Both the position numbers and the translations under genes were made by a program. Of a stretch of DNA of 64,000 bases, positions 34,612 to 48,082 are shown piece after piece. How positions within the stretch are numbered: position 1 is the first letter of the stretch; every line of letters begins with the position of its first letter. The notes beneath the pieces were generated by a model. That model was not told the origin of the DNA. It worked only from the letters and a program-made list of their open reading frames with translations, and searched no databases. This DNA is from Cyanophora paradoxa CCMP329 (Eukaryota > Plantae > Glaucophyta), in contig QPMI01000095.1 in assembly GCA_004431415.1 (NCBI GenBank), positions 340,780 through 404,779 of the forward strand, written 5' to 3'.

Positions 34612-34973
34612 AATGCAACTGGCACTGCGGCAAGACCAAGGGCCAGGCCTTCGAATTCGACCCCTGACTGATCATGTGTGAGTACCGGTATACGTACTCT
34701 ACTCAACCATGATCATTCAGTGAAACTCTGCCTACCGTAGTACTACGCTTCAAGGCTTCAACGATTATACCGATATGGACCTAGAGCCAGACCGTATCTA
34801 CACAAAAATGCGCTGGCGATTCGGAGAAAGCAGGGCACTAGTACTAGGCAACACAAACGAATCCGCGTGACCGGAACTCGCTACTAGAGGGAGGGGGCTT
34901 GAAAGCACATCACTAGAACGTTGAAAGGTGTCCAGGCGGAGGAGGGGGCCGGCCGGGTGCGGGGCGGGGGGCG

Positions 34974-37411
34974 TCAGACGTCGACGTCGAAGCCCGGGTC
35001 GAGGGCCTCCCGCGCGTCGTGCTCCGCGTCGGCGAGGCTCACCCCCGCCCGCCCCGCCCGCGCACCCCGCCCGCCCCGCCGCAGCCGCCCCAGCAAGGCC
35101 GCCACGGGGCGGCCCCAGGCGGGGGCGGCGGCCCTCGCGGCGGCGGGGGCGGGGGCGGGGCGGCGAGGGGCGCCTCCTGCACGCGCACGGCGGGGAAGGC
35201 GAGGGGCTCCGCCCCCCGAGGGCCACCCCGAGCGGGCCGTAGCCCCCACCGGGCCGGCCCCAGGGGCACCCCCGCCGCCTCCTCTTCCCCGCCCGAGGCC
35301 TCGCCCTCGGCGGCTGGTGCGGCCGCCCAGGCGCCCTTGCCGTCGGCGGCCTTCCACCGACGGCGGGCGCGGCCCGAGGCGAGGCGGCGCTCCGAGGCGA
35401 GCGCTGCGGGGGCGTCAGGCGGCGGTGGCCGGCAGGGGGCGGGCGGGGCGGGGCGCGCCGCAGAGGGCGTAGAGGAGGAGGAAGGCGGAGACGAGGGCGA
35501 GGGCGCGGCGCTGGCCGGCAGCGCCGCCTCCCAGGGCCCGCCGCCATCGCCGCCTGCACCCCGAGCAGCAGCCCGCTCCCAGCCAGCGCCCCGCCGGCAC
35601 GCCCCGCCGCCGCACCAGCGAGAGCGCCCGCACCCGCCCCGACGGCGCCGGGGCGTCGGGGCGGGCTCGGGGCCGGGGCGAGGAGGGCGGCGAGGGCGAG
35701 CGGAGCGGCGGCGAGGGAGGTGGCGGCGGAGGAGGCAAGGAGGAGGAGCGGGAGGGAGGCGGCGAAGGAGGGCGCCGCGCCGAGCGCGGCGAGGAGGAGG
35801 AGGAGGGCGAGGGCGGCGGGGAGGGCGGGTGCGGGGCGGCCGGGGGGCGGGGCGAGGGCGGCGGGCAGGGAGCCGGAGGCGGCGAGGGCGGCGAGGAGGC
35901 GGGGGAGGGCGGCGAGGGTGGCGAGGAGGGCGGCGAGGAGGGAGAGGAGGACGACGACGGCGACGGTGGTGTAGGCGAGGTAGGCGCCGTCCCCGAAGAC
36001 GACGGCGGAGACCTGCAGCAGCAGCTCCCCCAGCACCCCGGGGAACCCCGTCCCGCACGTCTGCTCCGGCCCGCCCACAGCGGGCCCCGCCCCCCCGCCG
36101 CCGCCGACGCCACTGCTGCTGTTGCGGCCGCCTCGGGGGAGACGCCGGAGCCGGCGGTGGCGGCAGCGACGGCGGCGGCTGCGGCTGCGGCGGCGGCGGA
36201 GGCGTCGGGGGGACGGAGGGGAGGTCGGCGCGGAGGCAGTGGAGGCGGAAGTTGAGGGCGAGGGCGGCGGCGGCGTAGAGGAGGGGGAGCAGGCCCCACG
36301 CGGAGCGCGCGAGCGAGGCGAGCATGGAGCGCCGCGCGGCGCGCCGCCCTGCGCCGTCTCCCCGCGAAGAGCGGCCCCGCGTCGAAGCCTGCCCGCCCCG
36401 CCCCGCCGGCGTCGGCCGCCGCCCCGCGGGGGGCTGGAGGGGCGGGGGCGGGCGGACCGGCGAGGAGGGCGGCGGCGAAGACGGCCTGGACGAGGGGCCC
36501 CGAGGGGGAGGAGGGGACGAGCGCCACGAACCACTCCTCGACCAGCCAGGCCGACTCGGAGAAGTCGAGCCAGTTGCGCCAGCGGAAGAAGAGGAGCACG
36601 CAGGCGATGCCGAACACCATCACCACTTGCATCAGCGCCGCCCCCGTCGCCAGCGTCGCCGCCACCGCCACCTCCCGGCGCGAAGCCGCCGCCGCCGCGA
36701 GGGCGAGGGCGAGGGTGCAGGTGACGAAGTCGAGCCACCAGTGGGCGGGGATGAGGGCCTGCGAGGCGACGAGGTGCCGGACGAGGGCCCCGCAGGCCAT
36801 CACCAGCAGCACGCCCCGCAGCAGCAGGCCCAGCACGCTCGCCCCGCCCGCCACCGTCCCCGCCAGCCACGCCCCCTTCCGCGCCGCCCCGAACCGCTGC
36901 CCCCGCTCGTTTTTTGCCCATCGGGCGGGGGCGGGCGGGCGGGGCGGACCGAGGCGGAGAGGGCAGAGTGGACGTGGAAGGCGGGCCCGCGGCTGGCGCA
37001 GCGGGGCTCCGGGTTGGCGCGGATGAGGTCGCCGTAGGAGAGCGCGCTCAGCGTGAAGACGAGCGCCGCGAGCAGCATGCCCGGCACCATGTCCACGTCC
37101 GACGGCGACAGGTCGAAGTTCAGCGCCGCTGTTCCGCGCCCCGTCGGCGAAGCGCCCCGCCGCCGCGCGACCCGGGCCGGCCCATGCTCACCTGCCTGTA
37201 CACCGAAGGCGATCCAAAAGAAGCCGCCGGGGCAGGTGAGCGCGACGGAGATCAGCGACAAGTCGGCGGCGTCAAGCGGCTGCTCCTCTTCGCCCATCGC
37301 AGCGCTATCGCTGGGGCGATCAAGCGGCAGCCTCCGCCGGCCCAGAGGCTCCGCACCCACACCGCCATCCTCGTCGTCCGCCGGCGCACCTCGATGCTTC
37401 CATGTCGCCAT
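34974..37411 (-). CDS. Multi-pass membrane protein, possibly APC/amino-acid permease-like
   Basis: Many hydrophobic segments (LSLISVALTCPGGFFWIAFG, MLLAALVFTLSALSYGDL, VVMVFGIACVLLFF, YTTVAVVVLLSLLAALL); ends DPGFDVDV*. Some frameshifts are needed. Confidence 0.65.
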
Positions 37412-37734
37412 GCGCTGGCCGGGCGTTTCCTCGCCCGTCCGCGCCGCAACGTGGAGTACTTACAGCATATGCTCCATCAAAGACCTGGAGTAGTCCGTTC
37501 GAACTTCGCGGCGCGCCAGCTTGCGACTCTGACCAGAACGTGCTGAATCGATCCTCCGCTCAAAAGATTCGGCGGGCTGATCACTCTCACTCTAGTCTAG
37601 CAGCTCGATCGGCTCGCAGCTACGGCGGCGCTATGCGGTTCGCACGCTCAGAGAAGCCCACGATGAAGAGACACGAGGGGTACACGGTATGACTTGGCTA
37701 GCAGGGGGGTAGCGGAAGTAAGAGCAGCCTCGTA

Positions 37735-40700
37735 ATGCCGCAGGTTAGCCCCGCGCGCATTCATGTATTTCGCTCGTGCCTCGGTGCGACGCTGAGCCGC
37801 ACGGCGGCAGGTACGCTTCGAGAAGGTCGAGGCGCACGGCGACGTGGTCCGCTTGACCGGTCCGACGTTTCAAGCTTCGGTCCAGATCCTGCACGATGGG
37901 ATTGTACGGGTCCGCTGCCCCCCCCTGCTCACGAGCGCGGCTGCGCCGCGGCGACCGTCGAACGGCGCATGTGCAGATCTTCACGTACCACCGGCCCGAG
38001 GACGCGGCGAAAGGCAGCTTCGCAATCGACCCCGCGGCGCGCGTCGGCGTGCCCGTCCGCGTCGACGCCGGCGCCGGCGGCGCGCACACGATCCGGCCGG
38101 CGGCGGGCGGGGCGGAGCTGACGGTGCGGACGCTGGAGCCGTTCGCGTGGAGCTGGGGGTCGCTGGAGGCGGTAGCAATGGAGGCGCACCGCTTCCTCGA
38201 GCTCGGGCGCACCGTCGACTACCTCGCCCTCTCCACCGGCGAGGGCGACCCCTACGCCGGTGCCCCCGCCCCGCCCGCCTCGCCCTGCCAGAGAGACGAG
38301 CCGCGGGGCCGCGGGGCAGAGACGTGCGACGGGCACGTGCTCGGCAACGGGTTCACGCTCTCGTTCAAGGAGCCGCGGGGCCGGCGCTACTACGGCCTCG
38401 GGGAGCGGAGCGGGTCGCTGGACAAGAAGGGGCGGACGTACATCAACTGGACGACGGACGAGTGGGACCACAAGCCGGACATCGACCCGATGTACGTCGC
38501 CTGCCCCTACTTCATGGCCCTCGAGGCCGGTCCGCCCGCCCCCGCCCGCCCCCCGCCCCCCGCCCCCCGCCCGGCGCCTGACGCGGCGCAGACCCCGGGG
38601 GGGCGTGCTGGGGCATGTACCTGGACGAGACGTGGCGCACCGCCTTCGACCTCGCGTACGCCGAGCCCGACCGCTCCCACGTGCCCGCCCCGCCCGCCCC
38701 GCCCCGCCCCGCCCCGCCCCCTGAGCCCCCCGGGCAGGTGCGGACGGACGGCCCGACCTTCGACCTGTACCTCATCCCGGGCCCGACGCCGCGGGAGGTC
38801 GTGTCGCGGCTGACGCGGCTGACGGGGCGGCCGCAGCTGCCGCCGCTCTGGGCGCTCGGCTTCCACCAGTGCCGGTGGAGCTACCCCGACGCCGCGTCGG
38901 TCGCCGCCGTCGTCAAGCGCTACCGCGAGCTCGCCCTGCCCCTCGACTGCATCTGGCTCGACATCGACTACATGGACGCCTACAAGGCCCGCCCCGCCCG
39001 CCCCGCCCCGCGCCGGCGGCCTCGGTGGGGGAGGGGGCCGAGGGGGCGGGGCGCAGGTCTTCACGTTCAGCAAGGCGCGCTTCCCGGACCCGAAGGGCCT
39101 CATCGAGGGCCTCCGCGCCGAGCACGGCGTCCGCACCGTCGTCATCGTGGACCCGGGGGTCAAGAAGGAGGCGGGGTACAGCGTGTACGACGAGGGCCAC
39201 CGGAGCGCGGCGTTCGTGCGGTCGCGGCGGGACGAGGACCTGGTGGGGAAGGTGTGGCCGGACCCTGCCGTGTGGCCCGACTTCACCCAGGAGCACGTCC
39301 GCCGCTGGTGGGGCGACCTCCACGCCGCCTACACCGACGCCGGCATCGGTGCCGCCCCTCCCCCGCACCCCCCCAGCCCGCGGTCTCGAGCGGGGCCGGC
39401 AGCCGGCATCTGGAACGACATGAACGAGCCGTCGGCCTTCCAGCAGCCGCACGGCTCCTCCGAGGGCCGCTCCCTGCCCCTCGGCGCCAAGCACGGCGGC
39501 CGCTGGCACGCCGAGGTGCACAACGTTTACGGGCAGCAGATGTGCCGCGCCACCCACGAGGGCCTCCTCCGCCTCCGCCCCGAGCGCCGCCCCTTCGTCC
39601 TCACCCGCTCCGGCTTCCCCGGCGTCCAGCGGTCCGCCCCCCCCCGCCCCCGCCGCCCCGCCCCGCCGACTCTGCCGCAGGCACGCCTGGCTCTGGACGG
39701 GGGACAACGCGGCGTACTACACGTGCGGGGCCCCTCCCGCGGGGGGCGTGGGGGGCGGGGGCCTGAGGGACGGGGGGCCAGGCTGATGGAGATGTCGCTG
39801 CCGACGGTGATGAACATGGGCCTCTCGGGGATGCCCCTCACGGGGGCCGACATCGGCGGCTTCAAGGCCGACTGCACCGGCGAGCTCCTCGCGCGCTGGA
39901 CCTGGCTCGGCGCCCTCTACCCCTTCATGCGCAACCACGCGGCCAAAGGGACGCGGCGGCAGGAGCCGTGGGCCTTCGGCGAGCCCTGGCTCTCCCACTG
40001 CCGCGCCGCCCTCCGCTTCCGCTACCGCATCCTCCCGTCCGCCCCCGCCCCCGCCCGCCCCGCCGGCCCCGCCCCGGCGCCGAGGCGGCGGCGCGGGGCA
40101 GGTTCATGTACACGGCGGTGCGGGAGGCGTGCGTGAGCGGCCTGCCGCCCTTCCGGCCTCTCCTCTTCGACTTCCCCGCCGACCCCGAGACGCACCCCGT
40201 CGACGACCAGGCCCGCCCCGCCCCGCCCCGCCGCCCCGGCCCCCGCCTGAGGCCCCGCAGGTGCTCGTGGGCGACGGCCTCATGGCCGCCCCGATCCTCC
40301 GCCAGGGCGCCACCCGCCGCGCCGTCTACTTCCCCAAGGGTGCCCCGCCCCCGCCTCCGCCCCCGCCGCCGCGGCGCCGGCCGAGCGCGCGGGGGCGCAG
40401 GGGCGCGCTTCGTGGACTTCTGGACGGGGGAGGAGCAGGGTGAGGGGGCGTGGGCGCTGGCGGCGTGCCCGCTGGAGCGGGGCCTGCTGCTCTACTGCCG
40501 CGCGGGGACGGCGGTGGCGACGGACGGGCGCGAGACGGCCCTGCACACGGGCACGGCCCTCTGGGGCGACGAGGGGGGCCTCGTCTGGCACCTCCCCCTC
40601 CCCGCCGCCGGCCCGCCCCCTCCCCCGCCGCCCCCGCGCCCCCCGGCTGTGCTGAGGGCGGCGCAGGGGAGGTGGACGTGCGGGGGACGGTGTACGAGGA

Positions 40701-40926
40701 CGAGGGGGAGGGCCCGCTGGCGGACGCGGCGGGGTGCCTGGGGGGGGGCGGGCGGGTGCGAGTGCTCGAGGGGCGCCTCGAGGGCGCCTCGCTCCGCCTC
40801 CGCCAGCGCTTCGCCGCGGGGCCCGGCGAGCCCGGCCCCTGCGCCCTCCACCTCGTCCGCCCCGGCCACCCGCCCCGCACCCTCCCCCTCCCCGCCGGCA
40901 CCGCCGAGCTCTCCATCGCCCTCTAG
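37735..40926 (+). CDS. Glycoside hydrolase family 31 alpha-glucosidase
   Basis: YGLGERSG.LDKKG, LTGRPQLPPLWALGFHQCRWSY, IWLDIDYMD, IVDPGVK, GIWNDMNEPS (nucleophile), HNVYG, RPFVLTRSG, WTGDN, GADIGGF, YPFMRNH, QEPWAFG. Confidence 0.96.
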
Positions 40927-41020
40927 CCGCCCCGCCCCCTCCCTGCGCCCCCGTGCGCCAGCAGCAGAGCTCACCGCAACGTATGTGTATGTACATTGGA
41001 CGGGCAGGCGAGCTGAGTGC

Positions 41021-44000
41021 TCACACGCTGGCGGCAAGAGAGGGGGCGGCGTGCAGCGGACCCGCCCCCTCCTTGGCCCCCGGGGTCCCGGGGCGGGAGC
41101 GGCTGGTGCGCAGGGAGCTGAGGAGGTCGGCGATGCGCTCCAGGGGGCTTGAGGGGACCTCCCCCCCGTCGGGGGCAGCCCCGGGGCCCGGGCTGGGGAG
41201 GCGGGTGTGGGCGTGGTGCGAGAAGGCGGAGAGGGCCGGGGCGGGGGCGAGGGCGGCGGGGCTGACGGGGGCGGGCCCTGCGAGGAGCAGGCCGCGGCGG
41301 TAGAGATCGTCGAGGAACGCGGCGACCGCCGCCCGGTGCCGGTGCCCCGGCCCCACGGGGCTCGCCAGCCGGCCCCCGGCCCCGTCCCACGCCGCCCCGC
41401 CCCACCGCCCCTCCGCCGTTGGCGACGCCGGCGCCGCTGCCCGCGGGCTCGAAGTGCATGATCCGCCGGCCTCGCGGTCGGGCGCCCCGGGCGGGGCCGC
41501 GGAGGGAGGAGGAGGGGACGGGGAGCGGGAGCGGGGGTGGGGGCGGGGCCCTGGCGGCGGCGCTCGAGGGCCTCCTGCAGGGTGCGCGTGGCGAGGGACG
41601 CCGGCGGCTCGACGAAGGGCGGCACCACCGCCGCCACCGCCCCGGGCTCGCGGGGCCCCGGGCGTTCCCCCGCGGGGAGTCGGCGCGGGGCGTGCCCCAC
41701 GGGAGGCCGCCGAGGGCGTCGCGGAGCGGGCTCCCGGGGCGCTGGGCGGCGAGACGGGCCGGAAGGAGGAGGCGAGAACCGTCGGCGCGGATGGCGAGTG
41801 CGCGAGGGCCGCCGCTGGCGGCGGGGTGGGCGGCAGGGGGCTCGCCGGAGCGGGGCCGGCCGCAGAAGGGGCGGCGGGGTGGGAAGTGGCGGCGGGGGCG
41901 GGAGCGGCTGCGGGTCGGGAGGCTGGACGAGGCGCGCGCAGGGTCGGGAGAGGCGCGCGCAGGTGCAGGCCCCGGCGGGCACGTGAGCGGCCGCCGCCGC
42001 CCGTCGCCCGCGATCGGCACTTCCACCGCTGCTGGTCGCAGCGGCGCAACGGCCGCGGCGGCTGCAGCTGGCTGCCAACCATGCCTGGCGGGGGCTCAAG
42101 GGGCGCGGGGTGGCAGAGGGTGGCGGGGGCGGTGGGGCACCTGGGAGGGGGCGTGGAGGCGCGCCCCGGGAGGCCTCGCTCGCTCGTCGCCCTGCGCCCA
42201 CGTGAGCTCGCGCCCCCGCGCGCGGCGGGCCGCCGGCGCGCGCCTCCGCAGCGAAGGCCCGATGCCGAGCTGCCGCCGCAGCCGCTCGAGCCGCGCCCGC
42301 TCCGCATCCGTCAGGGGCCCGAAGCGCGGCCCGCTCGCCTCGGGGGGCCTCTGCGGGGCGCCCCCGTCGCCCTCCTGGGGCCCGCAGCTGGCCGCCCGCT
42401 CGGGAAGCGATGGCGCGCCCGGCGCCCAGATCGACGCTGCGCCCTCGGGCGTGAGCCGGCGAGGAAGAGCGCACGATCCTCGATGAAAGAGAGGGCCAAG
42501 CGCGCACGGGGGGCGGAGGGGGCGCGGGGGGCGCTGTAGAGTTCGCCCTGCGAGGCGTGAGGGGAGGCAGGGCCAGCCGGCAGGGCGGGCCGCACCAGGA
42601 GCGGTGCCGGCGGCCGGCAGCGGGTCCCCTGGATGCAGCCCAGGGCCGGCGGCCTGCGCGGGACCCGTCGGCGAGGCTCGAGGAGGCGACGACGCTGGGA
42701 GTACCGGTAAAGCGGGTCGCGCGAGCCGGCGGGGGCCACCGCCGGCGCGCCACCCAGGGTCCCCAACGCCCTCTGCGGGCGCCACGCCAGCGCGGGCGGC
42801 GGCGCAGCGCCCAGCCAGGCTAGAGGTGCTCCCGCCGTGCTTGGCGGCGGCGCCGAGGGGAGCGCGAACGGCGACTGAGCCGGGAATGCTCCCGAGGAGC
42901 CGGCGAGCTCGGGAGCAGCGCCGGGTGCCCAGGGGCTCGAGGGCGCGGGGCCGGCGGGGAGAATGGGCGCAATCTCCGAGGGCGAGGGCGAGGCGGGCAT
43001 GACGAGCGGGGTGCAGCCGGGCCCCGGGCTGCGCCGGAGCCGGCCGGGCGAGACGGAGCGGAAGGCGGAGAGGGAGCCCGGGGCGGTCGCAGCGCGCTCC
43101 AGGCCGCCGGAGGACGCGCAAGCCGCCGGCTGCCCCGGGGCGTCCTGCTCTGTGGCCCCGAGGACCTTCCAGGGCGAGGCCGCCTCGCAGGAGCCCTCGG
43201 GGGTCCCTGGCGACCCCGGCGGCGCCTCCGCGCGGCCCGTGCCGTAGAAGGCAGCCTCCCCGGGGACCCCCGCCAGAGCGCCGCCGACGGCGGCGCACAG
43301 GCCCTCGCCCTCGCAGCCATCGACGGGGGTAGCTGCCCGAGGCGTCCGTGCGCCGCGCGCCGAGGCAGGGCGGCCCAAGGAGCGCGGCGCCGGCGTGCCG
43401 CCCCCGTCCTCTCCCTCGTCGCCGCTGCCGGCGAGGCCGGGGCCCGGCTCGTCGTCGCCGGGGCATGCCGGGGCCGGGCCCGGCGCGTCGCTCTCCTCCG
43501 GGGGCGGCGTGATGAGCAGGCAGAGGCCGGCCGCCGCGAGGCTCAGCCGCCGCCGGCTCTTGCTCCGGCCCGTCGTCGATGGGCCCCCGCGGCGTCCGAC
43601 CCCGCCGCAGACGCCGCCGGCAGCGGCGGGAGCGGCGGCAGCAGCGGCAGGGGCGGGAGGGCGGCCGGTGGCAGAGGCGGGGCTTCCGGGGAGGCGGGGT
43701 AGGGGGAGGAGAAGGGCGCCTCGTCGGGCGGCGAGGTCGGCGGCGAGGGGGCCGCGACGAGGGGGAGCGGGGGCGGGCCGGTCCCCACGGAGCCCGGCGG
43801 GGTCCGGGCCGGCGGGGATGCGTCCCGCGGAGCCGGCACCCCTGCCAGCCCCGCGCTCGGGCCCCGCCACCTCCCCGCCGACCGCGGGCGGCTCGCGCTG
43901 CGGCCCCGCGCCTCCGCGCCGGGCACGACGGAGACCTGCGGCCGCCAGACCGCCTCCTCTCCGCTGCTCGGCCGCGAGGCCGCTCCGCCGTCGGCCTCCC

Positions 44001-45189
44001 CGCTGCTGCGTTGCCGCTCGCCCGCCGGTCCCGACCCACCCGTCGCCCGCCGCCGTCCGACGCGCGCCTTCGTTGCGCGGGAGGGGGTTCCGAGGAGTGG
44101 CGCGATGGCCGGCGGGGCGTGGACGCCGCGGTTGCGGGCGACCTGTCCCTGCCGGAAGACGCGCCGCGCGGCCCCCGGGGCGACCTCTGCGCGGCCACCC
44201 GCGTGCGTGAGCGCGCTCGACGCTCGCGGGGCGCGGGGCGGCACCGTCGAGGGACTTGAAGACGGGAAGGGGGCGCCCGGGGAGGCTCCGGGTGACGCAG
44301 GCGAGCAGCGAGCGGAGCAGCAGCGCGTAATCGGATGCCCTTGGCCGCTCCGACCACATGTCTGCCCCGTCTCAGCCCGCGAGACGGCGCGGCCGGCGCG
44401 GCGGGCCCTGCAGCGCACTCGCAACCTCGAAGAGACAGCGCCGGAAGCCTGCGGGGCCGGCAGCAATGATAAGCGCGAGGATGGCCCCACGAAGGCGCAG
44501 AGCGCACGGTAGCCGTCGAGGGTGTCGTGCCCGCCGCTGTCGTGCTTCCAGTCCTCCGCCTGCCCCGCCCCGCCCCGCGTGGGCAGGGCTGGAGCGCTAG
44601 GAGGGGCCCGGCGGCCCATCGGGGGGGGCCGCACCGCGAACTTTTCGACGAGGCGGGGGTCCCACCTGGCGCTCCCGTTAAGAGCTTTGTACATGAGCAT
44701 GTAGAAGGTCATATATTCCGCCTGGCGGAGTGTGAGGCGAGGCCGGCAGCGGAGGCCGCGCGCCATCCAGGGATTCAGCGGGCGGACCTTCTCGACGGCG
44801 CCGCTCCCGTTGGAGTCCGTGACCGCCCACCACTCCCGCAGCGCCGCGACCACCAACGGGTCGAACTTCAGGCTCTCCAGCCGGAGCATCTGCCCGGCGA
44901 TCAGGCCCAGGACTCTCTCCTTTCGAATTGCCCATGGCAACCGCACGTGCGGGAGCGTCCAGAAGGACTCGTCGTCGCCATCGCGCACGTACGCCTCCCG
45001 CAGCTCCTCGTAGAGCGAGCGCCTTCGGTCAAGCTGCTGCGACCCGCGGTCGACGGAGGCGACCCGCAGCCGCCCCGGCGGCCCCGGGCTCGACAGCCCC
45101 GGCTGCTGCATCTGGTAAGTCTCATTCAAGCGCCCCTGCGCGCGGCGGCCTCTCGCAGGAGCCGAGGTCGCCCTCGCTGCGCTACGCAT
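41021..45189 (-). CDS. EF-hand-containing protein with a long Pro/Ala/Ser-rich disordered tail
   Basis: WWAVTDSNGSGAVEKAEY (EF-hand loop), MYKAL..AEDWKHDSGGHDTLD..LFEVADMW. Tail exons approximate. Confidence 0.65.
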
Positions 45190-45337
45190 TAAGTAACCAC
45201 CGGAACCGTGTTGACGCAAACGCGAACGCGAGCGCAAGCAACTGGCAAGCGCTAGCATACGGCGGTTCGCGGCGAACGAGTCGGGTTGGGGGAAGAATAA
45301 GCGGGTACGCGATTGTTCAGCTCGTTCGTTTGAGAGA

Positions 45338-46583
45338 ATGCAGCGCCCCGGCTACTATCAGATCCCCATCTCCCAAGTTCGGCAGGTGCGCCAGGTGCGC
45401 AAACCTCGTTCGCCGGCTGACCTTCGCGACAGCTCGTCTCCGGTCTCAGTACGCAGCTGCGGGCAGGTGAGCCGCGCCGTCACACGCGGCCTCGAACGCG
45501 TTTCGCTGATGCAATCCGCTCGTTAGAGCACCAGGCCGTCCTGCAGCAGGCCAATAAGCTGAAGGAGGAGGGCAACAAGCTGTATCAGGAGGGCCGTCTC
45601 GACGATGCGATCAACCACTACACACAGGCCATCGATGCGATGGACAAGCTCCCCACCGGTCCGCGCCGCCTTCTCGAACGATATCCGCCGTTCCGCTCAC
45701 GCGGCGCAGCGGCCGCAGTGGACCCGCTTTCGACCTTCATAAACAACAGGGCGGCCGTGTTGCTGCAGTCGGTGCTTCTGTGCCCCTCGATCGCGCGTAC
45801 ACGCTCTAACCAGCGCCCGACCCGTTCGCAGGGGAAATATCTCGACTGTGTCATTGGTGAGCGCGCGCGATGCAGCTGGCTCTGGGCGCGGCGCATTAGA
45901 AGGGCCTGAGAACTTAGCTAGCTTACGATCGCCAAGCTGCTGCTGGGAGGGCATGAGCACGGGCGGCCGCACTCGATCTCACCGCGGCCGCCGCACCCGC
46001 GCAGACTGCACCATCGTCCTGGGCATGCAGGCGAACAACGTGAAGGCCTTCACGCGGAGAGCACTTGCGTACGAGTACCTGGAGAAGAAGGGCGAGGCGC
46101 AGGCTGGTGCGCCGGTTCCTGACTCGAGCCCCGCTGCTCTCCGTCGCTCTGCCTCCACCCAGACCTGCGGTCTGGCTTAGGGATTGTTCAGCTTATGCGT
46201 CGCGACTCCTTTATAATCCTCCCATTTTCTTTTCCGGGGCGGGCGCGCTGACCTGCCCGCCCGCCTCCTGCGCAGACTACCAGGCGGCCATTGCGATCGA
46301 GCGGACGAACGTTGACGCTCTCGCGGGCCTCGAGCGCATCAAGGGCGACCAGGCCCCGCCCCCGCTTCCCACCATCTCCCCGGCGCCGGCCCCCGCGGCG
46401 CCCGCGCCGGCCCCTGCCGAGGTGCCCGCGGAGGAGAAGGCGGCGCCGGCTGCTGCGGAGGCGCACGCGCGCGGCGAGGAGGAGGAAGACGAGGAGGACG
46501 AGGAGGGCGACGACGAGCCGCGCGAGGGCGAGGAGGACGAGTACGACGAGGAGGAGTACGACGAGGATGAGGATGAGTACTAG
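45338..46583 (+). CDS. TPR-repeat protein with an acidic C-terminal tail (co-chaperone-like)
   Basis: ANKLKEEGNKLYQEGRLDDAINHYTQAI, NNRAA, DCTIVL..NVKAFTRRALAYE, DYQAAIAIE. Confidence 0.88.
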
Positions 46584-46753
46584 CTCTAAGCACAGTTTCT
46601 CTGAGTGTTCTGTATGATAGGAAACCCAAATCTCTGCCTCCAGGCGCTGGACGAGGTCCACGAGAAAGGGCGGGGGTTGGGGTAGAGGCTCTGAGGGGCT
46701 CTCCGCGTGAGGGGTAGAGCAATCGCAAGCTGCACACGCGAAATTCGATATCA

Positions 46754-47991
46754 ATGGGAGGGAAGGAGAGCAAACAGGGATCCGCGCGCCCGGCGGGCAG
46801 TGGAACCGTTGGGCCGCACGCCACGCCTGAGCTGCGGATCGATCAGCCCGCACTTCGCGAAGAGGGCGCGGGCCACGGAGCGCACAAGCCGGCGGTGCAT
46901 CACGACACCAAGTCGTTTACTGTGAGCTTTTCCCGCACTGTTTCAGCGATGCGCGGCACCCGCGGCAGCGCCGCGCGGAAAAATTTCGGTTTCTGAAGCC
47001 TGCGCATGCCGCAGGCCGACACGGACCCCAACCGCTGGAAGCTTTTGAAGCACACGATTGCTCCTGGTTCGTGCAGCGCGCGGCGCGCGGCGCGCGGCGC
47101 GCGGTGCGCGGCGCGCGGCGCGGCGGCCAAGGGAGCAAACGCGCTTGCCGCGAGTTTGGTCCTTCCTTGATCGAGCACCGTTTATTATTCAATGATTACA
47201 TATGTATGCGCGCGTCTTCTAGCTCCGCGGGCTGCTTGCTCAAGCTGCGCTTCTCCATTTTCGTCCAGTGGCATCTTGTTCAAGCGGCGCCCCGCAGGTG
47301 AGACTCTGAGCGAAATATGCAAGAAGACGAAAACCCCTACAGCGGTGCGCTTTCGCGGGTCTGGGGTTTTCCTCCCTTTCCCCTGCACGCCGCAATTTTC
47401 TCCCAATGGCATCTCTCAAGCGGCACCCCGCTGCAGGCTGTGAAGAAGTTCAACAGCCTGGAGGACGAAAGCCACATCGAGGCCGGCAAAGACATCATCT
47501 TACCCTACAAAGTCCAGCCGGTGAGCGAGCGCTAAGCATGGACGCGCGTCGCTGACAGCGCGCAGGGCGACACGCTATCGAAGATCGCGAAGGGCTTTGG
47601 AACAACCGTCGACATGCTAAAGCAGGTCGCCGCTTCGGGTCGCCCGTCTTGCATGGGGCGGGCCCGCCTGATCGGCGCCGGCAGGACAACAACCTGTCGG
47701 GGGACATGATCCAGGAGGGCACTTTCCTCTCTGTGTACGGTACGCCCCTCTGCCCGCGTGCTGCGTGCTGCGCGCCCGGCCCCGCTAGTGGTGATCCCTC
47801 CACCAGACCACAAGAAGAAGGCCCATGCCCACCAGGAGGAGTGAGGCGCTCCCGCGCGGCCCGTGGCCCGGCTGCTCGCCGGACTCTCGTTCTTTTTGGC
47901 CCCTCCAATCTTCCCCCTTCCCCTTCGCCTCTATGGCGGCGGCCGCGCCGTGTACAGACCCCTGAAGAGGATAAACGTTTCGTGCGCGTAG
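46754..47991 (+). CDS. Protein with two LysM domains and an N-myristoylation-like start
   Basis: MGGKESK; HTIAPGETLSEICKK..AVKKFNSL..IEAGKDIILP; YKVQPGDTLSKIAKGFGTTVDMLKQDNNL..IQEG. Confidence 0.88.
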
Positions 47992-48082
47992 GCAGCAAGG
48001 CACTGTAAATGCGATATCGATCCATGTGAATTCCTGTCTGCCAGACACGATCGGGGCGGCGCAGTGGGATGGGCGCGGGGCG

